From assembly GCA_963695225.1 (NCBI GenBank), contig OY968762.1, forward strand, positions 1,344,001 through 1,408,000: a stretch of 64,000 nucleotides of DNA. Reading direction: 5' to 3'. The notes beneath the pieces are model-generated. The model searched no databases and was not told the DNA's origin. It worked only from the letters and a program-made list of their open reading frames with translations. This document shows, one piece after another, positions 27,276 to 36,317 of the stretch. A program made the position numbers and the translations under genes. The DNA is from Vulcanimicrobiota bacterium (GTDB lineage: Bacteria > Vulcanimicrobiota > Vulcanimicrobiia > Vulcanimicrobiales > Vulcanimicrobiaceae). Numbering within the stretch: position 1 is the first letter of the stretch; each line of letters begins with the position of its first letter.

Positions 27276-27546
27276 GGAGGCTCTCGTCTTCGCGCTCGGC
27301 GCCGCCCTTACTTGTGCGCTCCCGGAGTCCGCCGCCCGCAGGCCTCGCGAGCCCGCGCCCGCGCCGCCCCCGCCCGCGCGCGCGAGAGCGCTGGGCGCGG
27401 ACGACGTCTTCTCCTTGCGCGCGCGGCGCCGCGCGGCGGCCTACCTGCGCATGCGCCTGCTCGAACTGCGCAAGGCGCGCCTCGACCGTGCCGCGGAGGT
27501 CATCGAGCGCCGGCTGGGGGCCGACGCGTTGTTGCGCCTCCCTTAG
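27274..27546 (+). CDS. Small hypothetical protein (up to 90 aa) ending in a RecA N-terminal-like motif; start uncertain
   Basis: AAGGAG before ATG 27274; 3' half has genome-typical codons; ends KARLDRAAEVIERRLGADALLRLP; alternative ATG at 27451. Confidence 0.55.
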   Translation: MEALVFALGAALTCALPESAARRPREPAPAPPPPARARALGADDVFSLRARRRAAAYLRMRLLELRKARLDRAAEVIERRLGADALLRLP

Positions 27547-27584
27547 AGAGGCGCCGCAACAAGCACGCGCCAACTTGCAGGACG

Positions 27585-28280
27585 GTGGACTCGCTCACTC
27601 CTCCTGCGCTCTCCCTCCGTACCGTGCGCGACATCTTCGTCGCTCCCGGGCGCGCGCTCGCTTCGATCGCGGAGCGCCCGACCTGGATCGTCGCGTACTT
27701 CGTCGTCGCCGCCATCACCGTCGCCGGGATGCTGCTCGCCGCTCCGGCGCTGATGCACGTGATGGTCGCACTCGCGCAGGAAGGCCCGCAGCCGGCGACC
27801 CAAACGGTCGCCGAGCTTACCAAGAACGCGCGGGAAACGATCGCTTCCCAGGTGATCTCGAGCCTGATCGCTCCGATCTTGACGTGGAACATCGCGGCCG
27901 TCAGCGTCGCGTTGCTCGCCCGCAAGGAGACTCCGCTCGCTTACTATCCACGCCTGCTGGCGCTCAACGCGTACGGCAACATCCCGGCTGCGCTCGGCAC
28001 GCTGGCGTTCGGAATCGTGCTGCGCCTGCACCCGGCGGGGAACTTCGCCACCGTCGCCGACCTCTATCATGCGTTCCCCTTGAGTCTCGCCGCGCTGGTG
28101 CGGCACGCCGACGAACGGCAATTGAGCTTCCTCGGCTTCTGGGATCCGTGGCAGCTATGGTCGCTGATCCTGATCGGCTATGGGTATGCCGCTTATCTGA
28201 AACTCGATCTCACGCTCGCCTTGGCGCTCTCGTTCGCGATCGGGCTCGCATACGCGCTCATGATCACGTTCTCCGCGTGA
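27585..28280 (+). CDS. Yip1 domain membrane protein (YknW-like)
   Basis: IFVAPGRALASIAERPTW N-terminus, several TMs, DPWQLWSLILIGYG; first gene of the exporter operon. Confidence 0.8.
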   Translation: MDSLTPPALSLRTVRDIFVAPGRALASIAERPTWIVAYFVVAAITVAGMLLAAPALMHVMVALAQEGPQPATQTVAELTKNARETIASQVISSLIAPILTWNIAAVSVALLARKETPLAYYPRLLALNAYGNIPAALGTLAFGIVLRLHPAGNFATVADLYHAFPLSLAALVRHADERQLSFLGFWDPWQLWSLILIGYGYAAYLKLDLTLALALSFAIGLAYALMITFSA

Positions 28281-28305
28281 TGCCCGCACCTCCGGGAAGG
28301 TTCGC

Positions 28306-29790
28306 ATGACCTCGGAACTCACGCCGGCGCGGCGCGGCACCAAGAGGCTTGCAGCGGCCCTCAGCCTAGCGCTGCTGCTCGCAGCCCCGTCCGCCGCGTC
28401 CGCGCGCTCCGCGGCCGCGCCCGCCGCGCAGGCCGGCGGCGTGCCGGCGACGCTCGACGCGAACGCCACCGTTCGCTTCGCGCTCGACCACAGCGCCGCG
28501 GTGCTGGCAAAGCGGGCGGCGGCCGCAAGCGCGGAGGCGACGTTCACCCGGCTGCGGGCGGCCGAACTCCCGACGCTCACCGGGCAACTCTCCAACCAAA
28601 TGACCCGTTCCTCGAACGCCCAGGGGTCGCTCGCGGCCTACGGCCTCTCGCAGCAGAACCGGTTCTCGCAGAACACGGCGCAGATCGGTTCGCAGTATGC
28701 GTTCTACAACGGCTCGCTCGCGCAAGTCCAGGCTCAGCAGGCGCGGCGCCAACTCGAGAGCGCGCGCGCGGATCTGCGGCGGACCGAACAACAGACGGCG
28801 GCCGACGCGACCTCCGCGTTCTACAATCTCGCCGCCAAGCGCACCGCAGTCGCGGTCGCCGAATCCAACCGGCTCTACCAGCAAGCGCTCCTCGAAGCCG
28901 CGCGCGTCAGCGAACGGGTCGGCCGGGTCGCGGGCGTCGACGTCCTGCGCGCGCAAGTCGGGGAGACCCGAGGCGAAGCGGCGCTCGTCTCCGCGCACGC
29001 CGACGAAGAGAACGCGCGCGAAGCGCTCGCGCTGCAGATCGGTGCGCCGCTCGACACGCGTTTCGACGTCCCGGAAACGATCCCGGAGCCGAAGCTCCCC
29101 GAGACGCCCGTCGACATCCTGATTGCGATCGCGCAGACGCACCGGCCCGACGTCGCGGCCGCGCGGGCGAACCGCGGCGCCGCCGTCCTCGCCGACGCCG
29201 CGATCGACACGGACCTGCGCCCGCAAATCGCGCTCAACGCGGCCTTCGGCAACCAAGTCAGCCCGACGACGTTCGGCGCGCAGCAGAGCGCGATCGATCA
29301 GCAGAATGCGATCAACGCCTCGCAAGGCCTGCCCTTGATCCCGAACGTGACCCGCGGCCAACCCGGCTTCTGGCAGATCGGCGCGACCGCGACGCTCGCG
29401 ATCCCGCTCGTCGATTACGGCACGCGCCGCACGGCGCACTCGAGCGCGCGAGCGCAGATCGCCTCGGCCGACGCGGCGCTCGCCTCGGCGCTCGCCTCGG
29501 TCGAACTCGACGTGCGCCAGTCTCTGCGTGCGGCCCAAACCGGCGCAACGAACCTGAAACTCTACGCCCAGGCTGCCGAACTCGGCCGCGAGTCGGCGCG
29601 CATCGCGCAACTGCAGTACAAGAACGGGCTGATCTCCTTCAGCGACGCCGACGCGGCGGAGCAAACCGCGCTCTCCGCAGCGAACGACCTCACGACGGCG
29701 CGCGTGAGTTATCTCGTTTCGATCGTACGCTTGCGCATCGCGATCGGCGACACCGACCCCGCGACCGCCGCCGATGTGAGAGGATTATGA
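28306..29790 (+). CDS. TolC family outer-membrane efflux protein
   Basis: Signal peptide, two OEP repeats, RPDVAAA, LRPQIAL, QYKNGLISFSD. Confidence 0.9.
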   Translation: MTSELTPARRGTKRLAAALSLALLLAAPSAASARSAAAPAAQAGGVPATLDANATVRFALDHSAAVLAKRAAAASAEATFTRLRAAELPTLTGQLSNQMTRSSNAQGSLAAYGLSQQNRFSQNTAQIGSQYAFYNGSLAQVQAQQARRQLESARADLRRTEQQTAADATSAFYNLAAKRTAVAVAESNRLYQQALLEAARVSERVGRVAGVDVLRAQVGETRGEAALVSAHADEENAREALALQIGAPLDTRFDVPETIPEPKLPETPVDILIAIAQTHRPDVAAARANRGAAVLADAAIDTDLRPQIALNAAFGNQVSPTTFGAQQSAIDQQNAINASQGLPLIPNVTRGQPGFWQIGATATLAIPLVDYGTRRTAHSSARAQIASADAALASALASVELDVRQSLRAAQTGATNLKLYAQAAELGRESARIAQLQYKNGLISFSDADAAEQTALSAANDLTTARVSYLVSIVRLRIAIGDTDPATAADVRGL

Positions 29791-31328
29791 ACCGCCGCAA
29801 CCTGATCGTCGCCGTCGCCGCGCTCGCCCTCTTGCTCGCGATCGGCGCGTTCGCCGCACGGCCGCGCTCGAACACGGTCGAGGCGCGCATCGACACGGCG
29901 AAGGTTGCCCATTTCCAGACGCGACTCCCCGAAACCGGAACCCTGCAGCGGCCTTTGACGCAAACGATCTCGGCGCTCGTGAGCGGGAATCTCGGGAAGC
30001 TCTTCGTCAAGTCCGGCGATCGCGTCGCCGCGGGGCAACTGCTCGCGACGATCGTGAACCTCCAGATCGAGGCGTCGCTCGATTCGGCCGACGCCGCCGC
30101 GCGCGCGGCAGGCGCCCGCGCCCAGAGCGCCCAGGCGACGTACGCGGCGCTCCCCACCCAACTCCGCTCGAGCGTCGTGCAAGCGCAGGCGACGCTCCTG
30201 CAGGCGAAGGTACAGCTTCAACAGGCTCGCCAGGATCTCGCTTCCGGCGCTCAATCCGGGCTCGGCTACGGCGGCTCGACCGCCGAAGAGCAGCGCCTCG
30301 CGGCCGACGCGAACGCCGCGAAAGCGGATACGGACCTCCGCGAAGCGCAGCGCCTCTACGACGCGAATCGCGAGTTGTACGCCGAGAAGGCGGTCTCGAA
30401 GGACGCGCTCGACCAAGCCGCGGCGCACCTCGATCAAGCCAAGGTCGCGGCGAATCAGGCGCACCGCGAGCGGGAGATCCTGACGGGGACGCTCTCGCGA
30501 AACCAGACGGTGTTGCGCGACCGCGTCCGCGCCGCCGAGGATGCGGTGCGGCAAGCCCAGGCGGCGCTCGCGGCGGCACAGGCGAACGCGCTCAACACGA
30601 AACGCGCCGACGTCGACGCCGCCCTCGCCGACGCGGCCCGCGCCGAGACCGATCGCAAGTACGCGGCGGAACAAGTCGGGCACTTGACCGTCCGCGCGCC
30701 GTTCCCGGGCATCGTCGAGGCGCTCGCCTCGCAGCCGAGCGACAGCCTTCGTCCGTTGCAGCCCGGCGACTCGATCCAGGCCGGCGAAGAGCTGATGAAG
30801 GTCGCGACGGACGCCGGCTTCATCGTCCGCGCGAAGGTCGACGAGCAGGACATCTCGGCGGTCCGCGCCGGCCAGCGCGTCACCATCGGGGGCGAGGACT
30901 TCGGCGGGAAGACGCTCCCGGGGCACGTCGCCTCGATCGCGGCGTTCGCCCAGCGCAGCGACGATCCGTCGAACACGGCGCGCCAGGTGATCACGACGAT
31001 CGCGCTCGACGGCACGTTGCCGTTTCTCCGCGACGGGATGAGCGTCGACGTCGACATCATCACGCGGGACCTGCCGGACGTGCTCGTCGTCTCGAGCGAT
31101 GCGGTCCGCAAGGACGGGGAAGCCCCGTACGTCTACGTCGTTCGCGACGGCAAGGCGCGCAAGACCGCCGTTGCGACCGGAGAGTCGAACGATCAGCAGA
31201 CCGTCATCACGGGCGGCTTGAACGCGGGCGACGTCGTGGTCGCGGACAAGAATGCCGCCGTCGTGGAGGGGACCGCCGTCAAACCGGCGCCGCAGCCTGC
31301 GCCCTCCGCCTCCGCGAAAGCCGGGTAG
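29787..31328 (+). CDS. Efflux periplasmic adaptor (MacA/HlyD family)
   Basis: N-terminal TM, VKSGDRVAAGQLL, long coiled coil, VRAPFPGIV, VDEQDI, LRDGMSV. Confidence 0.92.
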   Translation: MNRRNLIVAVAALALLLAIGAFAARPRSNTVEARIDTAKVAHFQTRLPETGTLQRPLTQTISALVSGNLGKLFVKSGDRVAAGQLLATIVNLQIEASLDSADAAARAAGARAQSAQATYAALPTQLRSSVVQAQATLLQAKVQLQQARQDLASGAQSGLGYGGSTAEEQRLAADANAAKADTDLREAQRLYDANRELYAEKAVSKDALDQAAAHLDQAKVAANQAHREREILTGTLSRNQTVLRDRVRAAEDAVRQAQAALAAAQANALNTKRADVDAALADAARAETDRKYAAEQVGHLTVRAPFPGIVEALASQPSDSLRPLQPGDSIQAGEELMKVATDAGFIVRAKVDEQDISAVRAGQRVTIGGEDFGGKTLPGHVASIAAFAQRSDDPSNTARQVITTIALDGTLPFLRDGMSVDVDIITRDLPDVLVVSSDAVRKDGEAPYVYVVRDGKARKTAVATGESNDQQTVITGGLNAGDVVVADKNAAVVEGTAVKPAPQPAPSASAKAG

Positions 31329-31344
31329 CCCGCACGTGACGCGC

Positions 31345-32544
31345 ATGTCGCGGTTCGAGCGGACGCTGGCGTACGTGCACGAGGCGTTCGAGGCGATCTG
31401 GCGGAACCGGACGCGTTCGATCCTCACGATGCTCGGGATGATCATCGGGACGGCCTCGATCATCGGCGTGCTGGGGATCAGCAAAGCCGCTTCCGGCGGA
31501 ATCAAGGGCTCGATCGCGGATTTCGGCGATCAAGGTATCTTCATCACCGCCGACGCGAATCAAGACGATCCCGCGAACGCGCAGATCCAATACCGCGACA
31601 TCCCCTCGCTCGAGGAAGCGACCGGAGACATCGTCCGTTTCGTGACGCCGAACTACAGCGCGGCTTACGAGCTGCGCGCCCGCGGCATCGCCTACACGAC
31701 GACCGTTCAATCGCAGACCGACAACTACACGGATTCGCTCACGCTGCGCGAGGGGCGACGCATGAGCCGTGACGACGTCGGGCAGGCGGCGCACGTCGCG
31801 CTCCTCTCGCAGGATCTCGCCGAGCGCTTCTTCGGGACGGGCCCCGCCGCCGGCCAGAACATCAAGATCAACGGCGCGCCATACCGCGTGATCGGCGTCT
31901 ACGACCGGCTGAAGAGCTCGTTCTTGAACACGGGCGGCGGCGACTACATCGAGATCCCCTACACGCTCTTCCACCGCATCAAGCCCGGGCCGGTCGATTT
32001 CGTCCAAGTCTACCCGAAGCCCGGCATCACGGTCGAAGCGGCCTCGCAAGCGGTGATCGCGGAACTGCAGCACATCCATGGGAAGCGCGCCCTTTATACG
32101 ACGCAGGACACGGGGGCCGTCTTCGGTGCGTTCAACACCGTCATCGGCGTCATCGCCGCCGCCCTGACCGCGATCGGCGGCGTCTCGCTCGTCGTCGCGG
32201 GAATCGGCATCATGAACATCATGCTCGTCTCCGTCACCGAGCGGACGCGAGAGATCGGATTGCGCAAATCGATCGGCGCGAGCGCGAACGACATCACGCA
32301 GCAGTTCCTCACCGAAGCGATCCTGCTCTCGCTGATGGGCGGCGGGATCGGAACCGTTCTCGGTTTTCTTGCGGTCCTCGCGGCGTACGCTCCGATCGCG
32401 AAGCTCGTGGGGCCCGCGCCGATCCCGTACCTGCTGATCGTCTCGGTCGCCGTCGGCTTCTCGACGATGGTCGGAACCGTCTTCGGAACGTACCCCGCGA
32501 TTCGCGCGGGGCGGCTGGACCCGATCGAAGCGCTGCGTTCCTGA
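31345..32544 (+). CDS. MacB/FtsX-like ABC permease
   Basis: [55 protein letters not shown]. Confidence 0.93.
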   Translation: MSRFERTLAYVHEAFEAIWRNRTRSILTMLGMIIGTASIIGVLGISKAASGGIKGSIADFGDQGIFITADANQDDPANAQIQYRDIPSLEEATGDIVRFVTPNYSAAYELRARGIAYTTTVQSQTDNYTDSLTLREGRRMSRDDVGQAAHVALLSQDLAERFFGTGPAAGQNIKINGAPYRVIGVYDRLKSSFLNTGGGDYIEIPYTLFHRIKPGPVDFVQVYPKPGITVEAASQAVIAELQHIHGKRALYTTQDTGAVFGAFNTVIGVIAAALTAIGGVSLVVAGIGIMNIMLVSVTERTREIGLRKSIGASANDITQQFLTEAILLSLMGGGIGTVLGFLAVLAAYAPIAKLVGPAPIPYLLIVSVAVGFSTMVGTVFGTYPAIRAGRLDPIEALRS

Positions 32545-33740
32545 TGTGGCCGTACTGGGTGGAAGCGTTCTCGGTGCTCGCCGCGCATCGCGCGCGCTCG
32601 TTGCTGACGGCACTCGGCCTGATCATCGGCGTCACCGCGGTGATCGCGATCCAAATCTTGGGCTCGGGGATGTCGGGCGCCGTGCAGGGCGTCCTCGGCA
32701 GCATCAACGATCGCTCGTTCGTCCTCGTCCCGAATACGCGGCAGGCCGATTTCACGCGCGCCGCGCTGAAGCCGGAGGACATCCAACGCGCCAAAAGGAC
32801 GATCCCCAACATCGCGGAGGCGATCCCCGCCGTCACGATCAGCCGGCTCGTCCGGATCGGACATCGTTCCGCGCGCTTCTCGCTGACCGGCGAATCGGAC
32901 GCGCGCTTCATCACGACGCCGGTCCGCTACGGGCACGCGCTGACCGCCGACGAAGTGCATTTTGCCGCGAAGGTCGCGATGATTTCCGACGCCGCGTACA
33001 CGCGGCTCTACCCCGACGGAGGCGATCCGACCGGCTTGAGCCTGCGCGTCGGCGACCGGCGCTACATCATCGTCGCGGTCCTCGCCAAACCGCGTACCGG
33101 GATCTTGCCGAACGTCGTGCGCGGGGACGTCTTCCTCCCGTACACGACGTTCACGGAGGACGAACTGCGCGGCCGGACAGTCTTAGGCGGGCGTTTTCTG
33201 ATCGCCGATCAATCGCGCTTGGGGGAGACGGAAGCCGCGACGATCCGCTTCTTCCAAGACCTCAAGCACGGGCGCGCGCAGTACCAGACGTTCGACCGCA
33301 AATCGTTCGCGAGCTTGACCGACGGCATCTTCGGCGGATTGACGCTCGTCGTCGCTCTGATCGGCGCGGTCTCGCTCGTCGTGGCGGGGATCGGGATCCT
33401 GAACATCATGCTCGTCTCGGTCGCCGAACGGACGCGTGAGATCGGCCTGCGGAAGGCGATCGGCGCGACGCGCTCCCAAGTCCTCGCCCAGTTCTTCATC
33501 GAGGCTCTGCTGCTCTCGCTCATCGGCTGCGGGATCGGCCTCGTCTTCGGGGTGGCGATCGGCTGGGCCGTCAACACGTTCGGCCTCGTGCAGATTTCCG
33601 GCGTCGTCGCGCCGATTCCGTGGCTGAACTCCATCGCGATCGCGACCGGCTTCGCCACGCTCGTGACGCTGGCGTTCGGAACGTACCCCGCCTATCGCGC
33701 CGCGTCGCTCGATCCGATCGAGGCGCTGCGCTATGAATGA
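32544..33740 (+). CDS. MacB/FtsX-like ABC permease (second paralog)
   Basis: [57 protein letters not shown]. Confidence 0.93.
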   Translation: MWPYWVEAFSVLAAHRARSLLTALGLIIGVTAVIAIQILGSGMSGAVQGVLGSINDRSFVLVPNTRQADFTRAALKPEDIQRAKRTIPNIAEAIPAVTISRLVRIGHRSARFSLTGESDARFITTPVRYGHALTADEVHFAAKVAMISDAAYTRLYPDGGDPTGLSLRVGDRRYIIVAVLAKPRTGILPNVVRGDVFLPYTTFTEDELRGRTVLGGRFLIADQSRLGETEAATIRFFQDLKHGRAQYQTFDRKSFASLTDGIFGGLTLVVALIGAVSLVVAGIGILNIMLVSVAERTREIGLRKAIGATRSQVLAQFFIEALLLSLIGCGIGLVFGVAIGWAVNTFGLVQISGVVAPIPWLNSIAIATGFATLVTLAFGTYPAYRAASLDPIEALRYE

Positions 33741-34470
33741 GGCGGCAAACGAGCGCTCGGCGCGCGGCGCGGCGATCGACGTCCGCAACGTGACGAAGGT
33801 CTACAAGAACGGCGCGCTCGAGGTCCCCGCGTTGCGCGGCGTGACGTTCACGATCGAGCGCGGCGAATACGTCGCGATCATGGGGCCGTCGGGCTCCGGA
33901 AAGTCGACGTTGATGAACCTGCTCGGCTGCCTCGACCGTCCCACGAGCGGGACGTACGTCCTGGACGGGATCGACGTCGGAACGCTCGACGACAACGCAC
34001 TCGCCCAGATCCGGCTCAAGAAGCTCGGCTTCGTCTTCCAAGGCTTCAACCTGCTCGCGCGGACGGACGCCGTCAAGAACGTCGCGCTCCCGCTGTTCTA
34101 CGCCGGCATCCCCACGAAGCAACGCAACGCCGCCGCGGCCGACCGCCTCCGGGAGGTCGGCCTCGGCGACCGGCTCGACCACAAGCCGAGCGAACTTTCC
34201 GGGGGGCAGCAGCAGCGCGTGGCGATCGCCCGCGCGCTGGTGAACGACCCGGCCGTCCTGCTCGCCGACGAGCCGACGGGGAACCTCGATTCGCAGACGA
34301 GCGCCGAGATCATGGAGCTCTTCGCCCAGCTCAACGCCGCCGGGCGCACGATCATCATGGTCACGCACGACGCCGAGATCGCCCGCAACGCCAAGCGCGT
34401 CATCCGGACCCGCGACGGCCTGATCGTCTCCGACGAGGCCGCCGCCCAGAACGCGCCGCGGGCCCGTTGA
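33733..34470 (+). CDS. MacB/LolD-like ABC ATP-binding protein
   Basis: [36 protein letters not shown]. Confidence 0.95.
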   Translation: MNEAANERSARGAAIDVRNVTKVYKNGALEVPALRGVTFTIERGEYVAIMGPSGSGKSTLMNLLGCLDRPTSGTYVLDGIDVGTLDDNALAQIRLKKLGFVFQGFNLLARTDAVKNVALPLFYAGIPTKQRNAAAADRLREVGLGDRLDHKPSELSGGQQQRVAIARALVNDPAVLLADEPTGNLDSQTSAEIMELFAQLNAAGRTIIMVTHDAEIARNAKRVIRTRDGLIVSDEAAAQNAPRAR

Positions 34471-34548
34471 CGAACGGCTGCGACCTTTTTACGTTTGGCG
34501 AGTAGGACCGTTCCGTGCTCAATCGACCCTCTCTACCGTAGGGACCAC

Positions 34549-35790
34549 ATGCAGAAGAAATCTCGTATCCTTCCGACCCTCGTCGTCGGGCTCGTCGGCG
34601 CCGTCCTGGGCTCCTTCGCGATGATGCTCTATGCCAGCACCCACTTCACGAACGTGGCCGGGCCGGGCAACACGCCGCCCGCGGTCAGCGCGGCGCCCGT
34701 CGTCGCAGCAGCCGGCGGCAGCGACCAGGACCGGATCGTCGGGGCCGTCAAGCGCGTCGAACCGTCCGTCGTGGCGCTCAACGTCACGGTCAACGGCCAG
34801 CAGATCGTCCCGACCGACCCGTTCATCGAGTTCTTCGGCGGACACAGCCCCCAGCAAGTCCAGAAGTTCCGCGCCCGCGCCTCAGGCTCGGGGTGGGTCT
34901 ACTCGCGTTCCGGAAACACGGCGCTGATCGTCACGAACGCGCACGTCGTGACCGCCCCCAACCGGGCGGCGATCTCCAAGCTCGAAGTGGTCTTCAAGAA
35001 CGGCGACCGGGTCCCGGCGAAGGTCTACGCGACCGACCTCGCTCAGGATCTCGCACTGGTCAAGGTCGAGGGCTATGACAAGCTTCCGCCCGCGCTCGAG
35101 CTCGCCGACTCGGCGAAGCTGCAGGCGGGGCAGTGGGCGATCGCCGTCGGCGAGCCGTTCGAACTGAAGCAAAGCGTCTCGCTCGGGATCGTCTCCGGCT
35201 TCAACCGTGACGAGACGATCGGGAACGAGAACGGCACCGCCCAAGAATTCAAGGGCCTGCTGCAGACCTCGGCGCCCATCAACCCGGGGAATTCCGGCGG
35301 ACCGCTCGTCGACATCGACGGCCGCGTGATCGGCGTGAACCAGTCGACCGCGAATCCGCAGGCCGGCGCCCAGGGCATCGGTTTCGCGATACCCTCGAAC
35401 ACCGTCAAGCTCGTCCTGGCCGATCTCGAGAAGACGCCCGGGACGCGGCAAGGGACCGGCGTCGGCTATATCGGCGTCCTGCTCGGGACGCTGACCCCCG
35501 AGATCCGCGTCCAGCTCAACGACTTCAAGGGCGAAGGCGTCCTCGTCGCCCAGGTGACCGGGGGCTCCCCGGCCGACGACGCGGGGATGAACGCGGGCGA
35601 CGTGATCCAGCGGATCAACGGCAAGGACGTCGTGAAGGTGGAGGACGCGATCGCCGCGATCAAAGCGACGAAGCCCGGCCAGAGCATTTCGATGAACGTC
35701 TGGAGCGGCGGCGTCAAGAAGCTCATCACCGTGAAGGTCCAGGAGCGCCCCGCCGCCCTCAACCTTCCCCAACCGCAGGAAACGCCGTAG
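34549..35790 (+). CDS. htrA: HtrA/DegP family serine protease with one PDZ domain
   Basis: N-terminal TM; triad motifs TNAHVV, DLAL, INPGNSGGPL; PDZ GSPADDAG. Confidence 0.93.
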   Translation: MQKKSRILPTLVVGLVGAVLGSFAMMLYASTHFTNVAGPGNTPPAVSAAPVVAAAGGSDQDRIVGAVKRVEPSVVALNVTVNGQQIVPTDPFIEFFGGHSPQQVQKFRARASGSGWVYSRSGNTALIVTNAHVVTAPNRAAISKLEVVFKNGDRVPAKVYATDLAQDLALVKVEGYDKLPPALELADSAKLQAGQWAIAVGEPFELKQSVSLGIVSGFNRDETIGNENGTAQEFKGLLQTSAPINPGNSGGPLVDIDGRVIGVNQSTANPQAGAQGIGFAIPSNTVKLVLADLEKTPGTRQGTGVGYIGVLLGTLTPEIRVQLNDFKGEGVLVAQVTGGSPADDAGMNAGDVIQRINGKDVVKVEDAIAAIKATKPGQSISMNVWSGGVKKLITVKVQERPAALNLPQPQETP

Positions 35791-35835
35791 CAGGCCCGCC
35801 TGCCGTCACGTCATCCTGGGGTCGTCGGCGGATGA

Positions 35836-36126
35836 GCTTTCCCCGCGTGGCCCGCGTCCGGAGCGGGGCGGGGTTCCCCCGCGGGGACGCCCGCGATTTC
35901 GCATCCATGCGAAATCGCTACTCGTGCACTTGCCCGCTCCCGCCATCGTGGCTCCGCGGGCAAGCTGCACGCCCCGCGGAGAAACCCCGCCCCGCTCCGG
36001 ACGCTACCATGCATTCCACGGTCACCGTAGGGTCTTGCCCGCTCCCGCTATCGCGGCTCCGCGGGTAAGCTAGGCTCCCCCGCGGGGGAACCTCGTCCCG
36101 CTCCGGACGCGGGCCGCGCGGAAAGC
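35836..36126. repeat. Nested palindromic element (REP/MITE-like) with ~50-bp terminal inverted repeats and an internal ~76-bp direct repeat
   Basis: 35836-35886 is the near-perfect reverse complement of 36077-36126; 35929-36004 recurs at 36034-36110; perfect hairpin GCGATTTCGCAT-CC-ATGCGAAATCGC at 35893-35918. Confidence 0.85.
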
Positions 36127-36166
36127 ATGGCCGGACAAAGCAACTATTTGACCCGATTGCGGTATC

Positions 36167-36195
36167 TTGCTAGAAGAGGCAAGCTCTAGTAGACT
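36167..36195 (+). promoter_or_regulatory. Predicted sigma70-type promoter of the dnaK operon
   Basis: TTGCTA (36167-36172)-N17-TAGACT (36190-36195); a weaker TTGACC-N17-TAGAAG lies at 36148-36176. Confidence 0.6.
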
Positions 36196-36317
36196 CCCCG
36201 GCGCCGGGTGAACGGCGCAATCCTACTTTTCGATCGACGGTAAGCGGCAAGGCCGAAGCCGGCTACTCCGGCGAGGATGGTCCACGCCGATCGAAGTTTC
36301 GGAGTAAGAAGAACATT

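Noticed and set aside
25518..28280. 920-aa ORF, and similarly 38918-41056, 56971-59886 and 8822-10234, as apparent large fusions
   Set aside because: Only the 3' parts are real (Yip1, Gfo/Idh/MocA, LipA, MqnA); the extensions overlap genuine genes
35929..36110. Direct repeats as a CRISPR array
   Set aside because: Only two ~76-bp imperfect copies, no repeat-spacer series and no cas genes
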